Assembly (NCBI RefSeq): GCF_964194025.1
Contig: NC_134479.1
Span: forward strand, 25,420,001 to 25,484,000
Source of the DNA: Convolutriloba macropyga
Lineage: Eukaryota
DNA length: 64,000 nucleotides
Direction of reading: 5' to 3'
The notes beneath the pieces were generated by a model. It had not been told where the DNA came from, ran no database searches, and worked only from the letters and a program-made list of their open reading frames with translations. The first letter of the stretch is position 1; each line of letters begins with the position of its first letter. This document shows, one piece after another, positions 25,291 to 38,000 of the stretch. The position numbers were made by a program, and so were the translations under genes.

Positions 25291-25632
25291 CGTCAGAAGA
25301 TTTCATTCACCGCATTGAAGTTGCGTCACGAACGAACAAGTTGCTGCCACTGCTAAACTAAGTCACACTAGTTTGCAGACTAGCGCAGTTTCAGCTTACC
25401 TGCGTCATCTAGAACAGGAACAGTTTTCACTGCTGTCAAGTTCAAAGTCAAGACAACTTTTTTGCGTCATTCGAAAGCAACAAAGAAAAACTAACAAAGC
25501 AAAAATACGCCTTACTAAGACCCCTAATTTTGCGTCAAGGTTAAAAAGCTGGCCCCGGACAGAAGTGAAAGTTCGGGTCAACTAGCGGGCTCGAACCCAA
25601 AGCAAACGCAAAAAGCAGTTTCGGCGACGTCA
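25291..25632 (+). promoter_or_regulatory. Cluster of six CGTCA (CRE half-site) motifs upstream of the G-alpha start
   Basis: CGTCA at 25291, 25324, 25403, 25465, 25533 and 25628; four are TGCGTCA, the last is GACGTCA. Confidence 0.4.
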
Positions 25633-25653
25633 CCTAAAGCCGAAGCTGCCAAT

Positions 25654-26164
25654 ATGACACGGGACGGTGACGATTCAAGTCAGCGAAAACGATGGCCTTC
25701 ATTTCTTCTCTGTGGATTGTGTGGTGGGAGCTACCAAGGACCCGACTCAGCCCCAACTTGCACGTTGAACTCCGACCAACGTCGGGCAAACCAAGTCAAT
25801 CGAAACATTGAGAAGTCGCTACGTGAAGAACGTGAACGAACTGCACGAGACGTGAAGTTACTTTTACTAGGTGCAGGAGAGAGCGGTAAAAGCACAATAG
25901 TCAAACAGATGCAAATTATTCACCGTACAGGTTATAACGAAGAAGATTGCTTAAAGTACAAGCCTGTTGTGTACAGCAATACAGTACAAAGCATGGTGGC
26001 TATTATTCGTGCTATGGGTAAACTGAGCATACCATTTAGTAGTCCTGAGAAGGAAGAAGCTGCCAGACAGTTTTTCAGACTGGCACAGGACCACGCGGAG
26101 AGGGAATCGCGGGATCTCTCGGAACAGTTTTGGCAGACTATTCGGGATCTCTGGGATGACTCAG
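25654..26164 (+). CDS. GNAI: G protein alpha subunit, Gi/o class, exon 1
   Basis: VKLLLLGAGESGKSTIVKQM P-loop, YKPVVYSNTVQSMVAIIRAM; donor G|gttggt. Confidence 0.95.
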
Positions 26165-26349
26165 GTTGGTTTTGTATATCAATCCGCAATCAGGTGTTTT
26201 TCCGTTGTTCTCATAGGTTAATTTGCCCATTTTCTTGCACTGTTGTTCTGATTCGTGTGCACATGCAATCAAAAAAGAAAATTCATATCGAATCATTGGC
26301 TCATCAATTAAAAAGTCGTCATTACGATATGTCTTTTAAACACATCGTT

Positions 26350-27860
26350 TAAATTTATTTTAAAAAAGCTTAAGAGCAAAGTCTGTAAATGAAAAATGTT
26401 GGTCATTAAAGAAAATTTTTAATTCATCTGCTCGTGCGATTGAAAAAGAAGAATTGGCGGCAAATACAAGAAAACTATCGAAACATTGGCTCGTCAATTA
26501 AAAATTTGTCATTCCCGTTGTCCTTTATATGAAGTATACAACGGATACACGTCTTTTAAAATTATTTTAAAAAAGCTTAAGAGCAAAGTCTGTAAATGAA
26601 AAATGTTGGTCATTAAAGAAAATTTTTAATTCGTCTGCTCGTGCGATTGAAAAAGAAGAATTGGCGGCAAATACAAGAAAACTATCGAAACATTGGCTCG
26701 TCAATTAAAAATTTGTCATTCCCGTTGTCCTTTATATGAAGTATACAACGGATACACGTCTTTTAAAATTATTTTAAAAAAGCTTAAGAGCAAAGTCTGT
26801 AAATGAAAAATGTTGATCATTAAAGAAAATTTTTAATTCGTCTGCTCGTGCGATTGAAAAAGAAGAATTGGCGGCAAATACAAGAAAACTATCGAAACAT
26901 TGGCTCGTCAATTAAAAATTTGTCATTCCCGTTGTCCTTTATATGAAGTATACAACGGATACACGTCTTTTAAAATTATTTTAAAAAAGCTTAAGAGCAA
27001 AGTCTTTAAATGAAAAATGTTGGTCATTAAAGAAAATTTTTAATTCGTCTGCTCGTGCGATTGAAAAAGAAGACTTGGCGGCAAATACAAGAAAACTATC
27101 GAAACATTGGCTCGTCAATTAAAAATTTGTCATTCCCGTTGTCCTTTATATGAAGTATACAACGGATACACGTCTTTTAAACTTATTTTAAAAAAGCTTA
27201 AGAGCAAAGTCTGTAAATGAAAAATGTTGGTCATTAAAGAAAATTTTTAATTCGTCTGCTCGTGCGATTGAAAAAGAAGAATTGGCGGCAAATACAAGAA
27301 AACTATCGAAACATTGGCTCGTCAATTAAAAGTTTGTCATTCCCGTTGTCCTTTATATGAAGTATACAACGGATACACGTCTTTTAAAATTATTTTAAAA
27401 AAGCTTAAGAGCAAAGTCTGTAAATGAAAAATGTTGGTCATTAAAGAAAATTTTTAATTCGTCTGCTCGTGCGATTGAAAAAGAAGAATTGGCGGCAAAT
27501 ACAAGAAAACTATCGAAACATTGGCTCGTCAATTAAAAATTTGTCATTCCCGTTGTCCTTTATATGAAGTATACAACGGATACACGTCTTTAAAAATTAT
27601 TTTAAAAAAGCTTAAGAGCAAAGTCTGTAAATGAAAAATGTTGGTCATTAAAGAAAATTTTTAATTCGTCTGCTCGTGCGATTGAAAAAGAAGAATTGGC
27701 GGCAAATACAAGAAAACTATCGAAACATTGGCTCGTCAATTAAAAATTTGTCATTCCCGTTGTCCTTTATATGAAGTATACAACGGATACACGTCTTTTA
27801 AAATTATTTTAGAAAAGCTTTAGATCAAAGTCTGTAAATGAAAATGTTAGTCATAAAGTA
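26350..27860. repeat. Tandem satellite, 207-bp unit, ~7.3 near-identical copies, in G-alpha intron 1
   Basis: GAGCAAAGTC anchor at 26374, 26581, 26788, 26995, 27202, 27409 and 27616, diverged at 27823. Confidence 0.95.
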
Positions 27861-28660
27861 AATATTGTTCTAATTGAAAACTGATGTTTGGCAGCAATAC
27901 TGTTACTAGAAAATAGATGTTTTAGGTTCTTTGAGCCAACTGAATTGAGTGTCGAACATTTTAAACAATTAATTTTGATCACAATTTGAACTGGGTCAGC
28001 TTTGATATTAAATGAATTTTATTACTGAATGACATAATAACTGAATGTTATCAAGTTATTAGGTTTGATATGTTTGCGTTGATTTCTTTGACATTTTGGT
28101 TTGTGGAAAACAGAATCCCTCATTGGAGAAATCTATAGGAAATGTTGCTTCTCTAATTTTTTCGAATCGGTATTGAAGAGTCATTGTTTCAAATTGTTGG
28201 GTTATGCAGATAAATATTTATTCTTTTGTTTGAGCGTAGCCTGCAGTTGCGGAAGGAACTCCACAAGGATCGAAACTAAGATAAACAAGAGAATAAATTT
28301 GATATTCTTTTTTCCCAAAAGTATTTGGTTCCTGAATCTTGTCACAAGAGGATATGGTCAAATGGCAATCTAGCCTCAAAGAAATTTCTTATTAATTGCT
28401 CTCGACCGAAGTTTGAAGCAAATATTGTAATTGTGTCTTTTTATGCAAAATTCTTGCTTGACCATTTCTGCCCTTTTATGTTCTAGAAACGAGAATTAAA
28501 GCCACTGAGCTAAATTGCTTCTCTATACTCAAGCAATGATGAGGAAATTCAGGTTAAGAAATAATGAATCTACTTTGTGAAAATTTTTTGAAGTCTATAA
28601 CATGAGCTACTTATAGAATGAGCTAAACACAGCTGCAGTTTTTTTTTCAAAATATTCGTT

Positions 28661-29063
28661 TAATTGCTCTCGAACGAAGTTTGTAACAATTTTTGTAAAC
28701 GCGTTGGTCGTTTTTTTTCTGCAATTTTTTTGCTTGACCATTTTGCGCTTTTCTTTAACATTCTTTGACTTCTCAAGTGACTTTTTCACGCTTTCGTTCT
28801 TCATTTAGTGATCTCATTTGTTCTCACTCTGAACTAAAGCATGTTGCTAATATAAAATCGATTGCAGCATGGGAAAAAGAAGGGCCTGATAGCCGAGTAG
28901 GCAGTGCTTCTGGTGAGGTATCGGGAGGTCCATAGTTCGAATCCCGGCGTGGTAAACTATTTTTGCACCCATAATGAAAAATTTATCTAGGCTACAGTCC
29001 CCGAATTAAATTGCCTCGCCTGTCGTTCGAGATCAGTTCTTCCGACATTTGTCGGTTTATGTT
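28661..29063 (+). mobile_element. HINE-like element, family B, with internal tRNA-derived cassette
   Basis: 5' AATTGCTCTCG; 3' CGAGATCAGTT plus CCGACA-TT-TGTCGG hairpin plus TTTATGTTT; a further 5' end at 28393. Confidence 0.65.
28882..28970 (+). pseudogene. tRNA-derived Pol III cassette inside a HINE
   Basis: TAGCCGAGTAGG A-box, GTTCGAATCCC B-box at tRNA-like spacing, TTTTT terminator, then GCACCCA. Confidence 0.6.
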
Positions 29064-30067
29064 TGAATCTTGAAATTAAAATAACTCGCTATGATTCGTG
29101 TGCTCATGCAATCGAAAAAGAAAATTCATATCGAATCATTGGCTCATCAATTAAAAAGTCGTCATTACGATATGTCTTTTATACACATCGTTTAAAATCG
29201 TTTAAATTTATTTTTAAAAAAAAGCTTAAGAAAGACCAAAGTCTGTAATTGAAATATGTTGGTCATTAAGGAAAACTTTTAATTCGTCTGCTCCTGCGAT
29301 CGATAAAGAAAAATTGAATTTGTCCCTGAATTAAATTGCCTCGCTGTAATTCGAGATCAATTCTTCCGACATTTGTCTGTTTATGTTCGAATCTTGAAAC
29401 TAAAATAACTCGCTATGGATCTCTTCAAATCAAGAGGTGTCAATTCATTGAATTTAATTTATTAGAAAGCTAAACGTGGTGTGACATTGCCCGATGGAAT
29501 CAGATGCTCCACTCTGTAGTAGTTTCACAAAATGGCCAAAACTTCTTTTGTCTCATCGTATGACAAACTATTTCGAGGCAAATGAGAACAGTAAATTTTG
29601 CTCAGAGTTCTTATTTTACTGTTACACAGAACGAGATTGTTACATATAAATGACTCTGCTATGATAGCTAGAGGTTTTCGCAATGAAGATATCAGAGTAA
29701 TGATAAATCTAAAATAGCAATAGCTGATCTTAGAAATTCAATTTGTTTTTTTTTTAGGTTTTGGTATTTTGGAGCATGATTGGTGCTCTTTTGCTGCAAG
29801 AAGGGGAGAACCATCCATATAAGCGATTACTGAGTTAACTGAAACTAATAAAATGAAAGAAACCAGACAGTGTCTAATTCAACATGCCTTGGTTCCAAAT
29901 TTGATCAACAACTTTGTAATATGCATCCTACCGAAATATTGAAACCTAATGTGCTGTAATTGGGTTATTTTAAAAATAAACTCAGCTCACAATACGATTT
30001 TGATTTAGCCGGTCGAAGCACGTGAAACTCAATTTGTTTTTTTGGGCAAAGCTGTATTTTTGCTATT

Positions 30068-30862
30068 AATTGCTATCAAAAGAAGATTGTTGCAATCGTA
30101 TTATATAATTGCAACCGGCTTTTCCTTTGACCATGAATTTTTGTCCTCAAAAACAGATGAAACAGTCTCCCATTCCGTCCCGTCAATTAAGTCCGCTTCA
30201 TTCACCCATTTCCTCATTCACCCAATTCCCTTCCCTGCTTCTCCCCACCTAAAGCTGGCTTTCGTTAGCCCCGCAAGCTATTGAGAAACCAGCGCTCGAC
30301 AATTGTTCGAGAGCAATTCTTCCGACGTTAGTCGGTTGTTTGGTTAAGATGTCAGACTGAGGTCCTGGGTTCGAACCCCTGTTGAATCGTTTTTTGCACC
30401 CATAAAACATTTCTATGCTACGCCCCCTACAAATTAAATTGCCCCGCTGGTTGTTTGGGAGCAATTCATCCGACGTTGGTTTGTTGGGTTAGGTTTATCT
30501 TAGGTATATTTCATTAATTGCTCGCGAACGAAGTTTGAAGCTATTGTTATGGTCGATGTGTTTAATTCAATTTTGTTTGCCTGAGATTCACTTTCCGATT
30601 GATTTTTGTCTCTTCAATTTTAGAGTTTTGCGTGGTCTAAGTTGCATTGATTCACAATTCTTCAGTTGAACTCATTTCCCGAACTTTTAAGACAGGCAAA
30701 TGAGAATGAATTGGTCTTTTCAATACGAATAATTTTTTAATGTTCTTTAATTAGCTCTAATAAAAAATTGATGCTTCGTGGTGCGCGCTTATTCAAGCTA
30801 CCTAACAAATGCCCCCATCGGTGTCCGAGAGCAATGATAAGTCCAACATAAGTGGGTTTTAT
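30068..30862 (+). mobile_element. Nested/adjacent family-B HINE copies (30068-30341; 3' end ~30480; 30515-30862) with a third tRNA-like cassette at ~30341-30400
   Basis: AATTGCT.. 5' ends; CGAGAGCAATT + CCGACGTTAGTCGG hairpin; TGGTTAAG..GGGTTCGAACCCC..TTTTTTGCACCCA. Confidence 0.6.
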
Positions 30863-33800
30863 TTACCTTAGGGTTTGAAAACACGAAAAATTTAAAAGAT
30901 GCTCTTTGTAGCCTACAGTTCGAATGTTTCAAAATGCATATCTCATTGTTCTAAAAGCATAATAAAAGTTTTTAAAGCATGTAGATAAAGGATATGAAAA
31001 CCATTATCTCCTACGAGACACGCAAAAACGCAAGAAGGCAAAGCAAGCTTAAGCAAAAACAAGCACAAAAATAATCAAGATCCTTTAATCGCTCGATGTG
31101 TTAATGCCTTGAAACTAATGTTTAAATGCGAATTTTACATAAGATAAAAGCTGCAAGATCAGAATATTTTTGAGCAGTTTTGCTATAAAAATGCAATGAA
31201 AAAGATTTTAGAAGCTTTCAAATTTCATTGCTTATTCAAGTTGTTTTAACAAGTTTGGATGTCTAAGGCCTCAATAACAACTAGATATGACATCAAAAAA
31301 CAGCGAAAAGTACTCGCGGAACTGAGAATCAAAACTATTTAGAAAAAAAATTGTCTTGTCGCAGTCAAAAAACGCTTGAACTACCGAGCAACTACAACTG
31401 CAATTCATTTGCAAAAGCATGCCACCTTTTTATTAGTTGCAAATGATCAAATTAAACAAACGACAATAATAGGCTGGCAAAACTAAAAAAGTTAAATAAA
31501 TATTTTGTTTTCACGGCAACTAAGATCAATGGCTAAGCTTTGGTAAAGCCAAGGAACTGATTTTTACAAATAGCACGAAATGGCAGATAAGCCAAAGATG
31601 CTGGCAGAACTAGAAAGAGGTCAACTTTTTTTCTGTGCAATTTGGCGTTCTGAAAGTAATGAAAATTAAACGCTGTTCAAAATATTCATGCATTGAAACG
31701 AAGTTTCATTACATACAACTTGTTGCAAAGTCTTGAATTGAAAGTAAAGCAAGAAGAACGACAGTATAGTCAAAAACTATAATATTTTGGAAAAAACCCT
31801 TTAGGAGTCCTTATATTAACAAGGAGGATCGTTAATGCGCGTTCGCACATGATGTTCTGACCCGAGCTGATCTACATTTTTGACTTAATTGTCAACCAAA
31901 TGAAGAGATAACCAAAAATAGATGTTTGAGTTTTAAAAAATCTTTACACACCCAAACTACTAATTGAATTACATAATGCCATGCGCTCACGAGAGCTGCC
32001 GATAAACGACTGCGGGAACAAAAAACAAACAATATTAGCAAAACTAAAAAAAAATAACTGCAAAGAAACTATTTCTAAATGTAAAATCACCCAAACAACG
32101 TCAAAATGCAATCAGATAAAACCTTAACCGCACAAATTTTCTTTTATCTTAACTATACAGCAGATGGGACTTTTCCCTATTGAGACTAGGTACCAAGTGA
32201 AAAAAAATATTAAGGCGAAATTCAAAAATCTATCAATATTTTTTTAAACCAATTAATTTCAAACGTCTTAAAAATCATTAGCTTTTAACATAATTCTCGA
32301 TTAATTTACTTAAAAGTCCTTAAGAAACTGATAGGACCTGTTTTTGGTCAGGCTAAACAATAGAAACCGACTAAAGAAGCAGAAAACTCAAGAAATTACA
32401 AACAATCTGCGTAAACACAAATTACTGAAGCCAATAAAATCAATAGATATTATATGAATATCATTTTTTTTTTCAATTGTTATCTATACTAATTGAGCTA
32501 AAGTTATACTGAACAATTCAATACGTTCACGTGGGCATCATTTGAAAATAATTGGGCTCTGTTATTACGCGAATGTGATAAAAGAAGAGAAAAATAAACA
32601 CAAATAATGACCACTCATGAAACATTTATGAAAACGCATATTGTCCCACGAACAAAACATCAGTTACGACATAATATCAATAGGAAGTTCAATTTTTGAA
32701 TAACAAGGAATTGGATGGGACCTCTCAATGATGAAGACAAGTTACAAGTTGACCAAAAGAACATAAACAATTTTAAAAAATTTTGAAAGAGAACAATATC
32801 GTGCACTTTAAGACTATTTGCTATGAACTGACTGCATAGAGTAATATCATTCATTCGATTGTCAATTAGAAACCTTTGAGAACTCTCAGCATTTTACGAC
32901 TACATAAAGAGCAAAAAAACAGCAAACTCAAAAAAATGAGAAAGAAACTGTCAAAGCCATTAAACTTTCAGTACAAACGTTTCTTTTTTCAAATCAATTT
33001 TTAAACAACAATAGTATTCTTTTTTTTAACTATAAGACTTCAAAAACTCAACAAATATGAAAAATATTTTAAAACCACGAAATCTTTCGAAAACCCTTAG
33101 TATCATCACCATTAAACTCAATACTTTTCAACGAAGTCAATAAATACGCTACGTTACGCCTCGACGGGAAGAAAATGCTGTTTGTTGTTCACCAATCATC
33201 AATAAGACATCAGAATAAGTCTTGTGACTACGAAAACAATAACAAATAAAGGCAGAAACGAAAAATTCAGTGGAAAAGTGCGAGACGAAAGTCCCATTTA
33301 ATGCATTAAGTTTTCTCTGAAAACTTTGTCCATGATTCTTTTAACGTCTTCTCTGAGCCAATAAGAACCATCAATAAAAGTATAGTGTGATAAGATTTCA
33401 AAAGGAAACAAAATTTGAATAATTTATCCAAAAATTTAACAATATATATGAAATCTCGTCGCATCGAATTCATTAAACCAATAATTGAAGATAAAACCGC
33501 CAGCCAAGTTAATTTTGATTGCAGTAGAAAAGACGGGGGTCCTGTCATTAGTGAGATTGACTTACGCTTCACAAAACTAAGTTTAAGATTGGTTGAAGGT
33601 CAATTTTTTTTTCAAAGATTCAGCAGTCATTAGCTGTCCACTCAAAGCACTAGATAGGTTCAATTAATGCTCATTAGGTAGACTATGGCACTTTTAGTCA
33701 ACGTGTCTGTGCCATAGGACTTCAAAAGTTCAGTACTATCTCAAAAAGAAAATCAAAATTTCATTCGAAATTACGAACAGTGAGTCGAAGCCAAAAAAAT

Positions 33801-35099
33801 ATGAGCGATTCATTGAAAGCTAACTTTCTATTCATTGGGCATCATTGGTTTTTAGATGACTTTTGTCATCAACGGAACCTGGATATGAAAGGTGACTATT
33901 ATCTTAGTGACTTTAAAAACAAAGAAATGTATAAGGTTTTCTTAACAAAAAACAGCTCTCAAATAGAATTTGAATTTTTTGATAGGAAACTTCCCTATGA
34001 GACCAGAACTAGTCTTTGTAATCGCCTTTTATCTATTAGGAACACCTAATTGATGCTTTTTTTAGCGTGAAATGTAAATTTAAATTATAGAAAAAATGTT
34101 AATTCGAACAAAAATTACGGTAGAAGTGAACAAAAGTACACCAAATATCCCGTGTTCACATGGAACGTTTAACCCCGATAACTCCTCGAAAACAGCGAAA
34201 TTAAAAAAATCTTTATCTCGAAATCTACGCTAGACGAGCTTTTTAATGATTCCACTGACATTTCTCTACGATGAATATATCGATCGGCCAAAATTGTCTG
34301 AACAAAAAACCCATTTGAGTATATAGTTCATCCCCCACAAGTGGGGTCGGAAGAACAATTTGCGTTTTGAAACCATCAAAATTCACAAACGAAAACAACA
34401 AACATGAAACTCTATGTTAACAGCAGGAAAAGACAATTATAAAACGCAACATTCGGGTAAAATTGGGTGGCAGACGGCGTTTTAACATGAATTAAGAGCT
34501 ATTTAAATAAATCAGCAGATAAGCACTGACACTTTAAAAATACTTAAATAAAATTTGTTTTTTTTTTTGGAAAACATCTAATTTTTTGTAATCTTTAATT
34601 GAAATAGCATCAAAAAGCTACGAATGCAGTGAAATTTAAGAACTCACATTATTCTTATTTAAAAAAGCATTTCCAAAGTCAGCAAAATTGCCAATTGCTT
34701 ACTCAAGCGTTAAAACAGCTATTATTTTAAGTTGTTTTTTAAAGAATGTGCACACCTCATGGACTAACTTGAAAAACGGGAAATGTTCTGCAGCGGGGTA
34801 AACTCACAATTTGGAAAGTCTGCAGTTTCTTAGATTAATAGAGCTGAGTAGTAGTAATAGTATAAGTCTTCAATTGACCAAATTATGGTTTTAAGGGGCA
34901 CAAAAGAAGCTAAACATTGAAGTGTTAAGTAAAAGGTTTAAGGTTTTTTAAACTTAATTGGTTAATTATTTAAGGAGCGCAGAAATGAGTTATAGTTAGC
35001 TCTTCCCGAGCACCAAACAAAATCCGTCAAATAGAGTTGCTGCACTATTTTCAGGTGAAAGATACTACGAATTAGCATGAATACCGGCAATCTATTTCT

Positions 35100-38000
35100 C
35101 TTTAATACGGAACTTCCAAAATGTATAAAAATAGCTTGTTAATACAACGTTTTTATATATTTAATCATTGGAGAGTAAGGGAAAACCTTTATCGTTAAAC
35201 GGCTACTGCTTTTGAAAACGGAAATTTTGACGTTTGACTTAATCAGCAATTATTAATTTCGCTAAATTTATCGCAAATTGCTTAGGGTAAACCTAGTTTT
35301 TATGAAACACCTCTTTTCTCAACAAAAAAGAATAGCAAAAACCCCTCATTTAGAATTGTTGCGAGTTTATAAAATGTTTAGAATTTAGAAATTGACTGAT
35401 CAAAGGATGCTAGACTACAATATAGTTGCTTGCTTCATTGAGGTCTTATCAGTAAGATACTACAATCTTGTTAGTTTTCAGCTGTATTTTTTTTCGCTGT
35501 ATTTCCACAAATTTTGAGTAATATTACTTCTTGGTAATTTTTGATTTTCGTTGAAATTAGGGACAAATGTGGAAAAATTTCTCAAAACTTGGTCTCTATA
35601 ATTTTTAAAAGTGTATTTAAAGTATGGTTTTGGAATTTAAGTCTTGAAAGGTAATGAACATCATACAACAATGATTGGCTCCGAATACGTCCAATAATAT
35701 TGAATCATAATTTGTAACTTGCATAGAGCGTTCCAATGCGAGGCTCAAATCGTTGCCTAAATTCTAAGCAAGGTCTGTTTTCTTCAAAAACCGGTGAGCA
35801 AAATTGCGTCAAACTGATGAGCTGAATATTTTTCATAATATCTATCGAAAACATATTTTTTAAAAAACCGGGGATTACAGTTTTGCCTAATTTCATAGGA
35901 AGTTTTTTTGCAAAATCCTGGAGCCTCAAAATTTGGTGTGAAACCTGGGGTCTTAAAATATTCTCTAGTTTCTTAGAAAAAAATTTATAAGAACCTGGGT
36001 GCTCAAAGCAGAACTAATAGTTCATACTACCATATAGTTTCTTCCATCGTTTTAGGAGGTTGTATCAATAAGGTAACTTAATCTTATTATTTCTGAGCTG
36101 TAACTTTTTCAATTCTGCTGTTTTCAAGTTGTTTTTTTTTGGTCATTGGTAGTTATTGATTATTGTTTTTGGATCAAATTAGAAACAATTGTGTTAAAAA
36201 ACGACTTGGTCTCAATAATTGTAAGAAAAGGAGTTCTTGAAAATGTTTTGAAATTAATGTGTTGAGAAAGGTGTTGAACATCATAGAACAATAATTGTTT
36301 TGGAATATGTTGAATAATATTGAATCTTGTCTTGCATAGAGCTTTCAATTCTTTCAAAAATAATGGAAAGTCTTCAAAAATGCGTCATTGTCCGTGGAGT
36401 AATCTTTGTTACTAAATAACGTTTTGAGAGCACAATGCAATTCTTTCTCCCAACTATTGAAAAACTTTTACGCTATAAAATATCTAATCATTGAAGTCTA
36501 TTTGAGAACGTTTATTGTTACGGAGGCACTGCTTTTGAAAACGGGAAATTATACTGGACTTTTTCGAGCAAACTCAGAAACTATTACTTTTATTTTTTGT
36601 AATTTCTTACGAAGACTACTTTTTGAAAAACCAGGGGGCTCAAAATGGAGGAGGCGGTTAGAATTGGGAAGTCAACGCGTTGGTCTCACATTTCCCCTAA
36701 TTTCTCAGGGAACCTATTTTTCACAAACCTGGGGCCTCAAAATTGGGCATCAAACCGGGGGTTTCAAAATTTTCCCTAATTTTCTAGAAAAACTAAGCTC
36801 TCAAGAACCTGGGAGTTCAAAAGTGACAGAGCAAAAGATGTCAGACCTGCATATAGTCTGTTTCATTGTTTCAGGAGGTTTTATCATTAAGATACCACAA
36901 TCATGTTCTACCTAAGACGTATATTTTCTATGCTGTTTTCTAGTTTTTTTTGGTATTATTGGTCAATGTTATTTTTTAGATGAAATAAGGACAAAGGTGT
37001 TAAAATAAGCCGAAATTGGGGTCTCAATAAGTGTTAAAATGGAATTCGTAAAAGATTGTTTTGGAATCGTAGTTAAGTGAAAGGTGTTCAACATCATGCA
37101 CGAATAATTGATTTGGAATACGTTCAATCATTTTGAATCATGTCAGAATGTGTAATTTGCTTTAGGCTTTCTTTGAAAATGATGGGAAAAGTTACCATCG
37201 TATTATTGTTGTAAGAAATGAAGATATAGAGATCACCTTGTCGTTCGTGGCGCCAGCATAGTCAATAAATAACGTTTTGAGAGCAGATTGTAATTCTTGC
37301 TTTTGAAGAACTTTTACGCTATTAAATATCTTTATCGTTACACAGCTACCGCTTTTTAAATCAGGAAATTTTAATAGACGTGTTGCAATGCACTCGGCAC
37401 TTATTATTTCTGTTCAATTCTGCGTATTTTCTCAACAAAACTTTCAAAAACCGGGAGCTCAAAACGGGGGAGGGAGGCAAAATTGAGGCGTCGAAACGGT
37501 TCTCTCAAGTTTTTGCCTATTATATTAGGGGAATCGATTTTTTAAAAACCTGGGGGCTCAAATTGGTCCCCAATTTTTTTCCAGAAATACTAATTTTTGC
37601 TTCCAAGCTGTGAGTTTTCTATTCTGCTGGGTTTTTGTTTAAAGTTTTCTTGTTTTTTGGGGGAATATTGGTCCTTGTTAGTTATTGATCTTTTTTTTGG
37701 ATCAGTGTAGAGCAAAGGTGTTAAATACGCCAAAAATATGGTCTCAGTAATTGTAAAAAAGAATTGCTATATTATTAAAATACTGTTTTGGAATTGCAGT
37801 CTTGAGAAAGGTGTTCAACATCATACAACAATAATTGGTTTGGAATACCTTCACTGATATTGAATCATGACAAAACTTTTAATTTGCATAGGGCTTTCTT
37901 CGAATAATAATGAGAAAAGGTACCATCGTAGTATTTTTGTAAGCAATGAAGATATAGATATCACTTTATCGTTCGTATAGCAACTGTATTTACTAAATAA

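Noticed and set aside
26165-26352. C-terminal part of the 232-aa ORF at 25654
   Set aside because: Read-through into intron 1; G-alpha homology resumes at 40268
26350-27860. Regular array resembling a CRISPR locus
   Set aside because: Whole 207-bp units are repeated with no unique spacers; eukaryotic intron, no cas genes
28882-28960. Functional tRNA gene
   Set aside because: Acceptor and anticodon stems do not pair; embedded in a repeat
36406-36915. 169-aa ORF
   Set aside because: Lies in a degenerate tandem array; the frame is not preserved in sibling units
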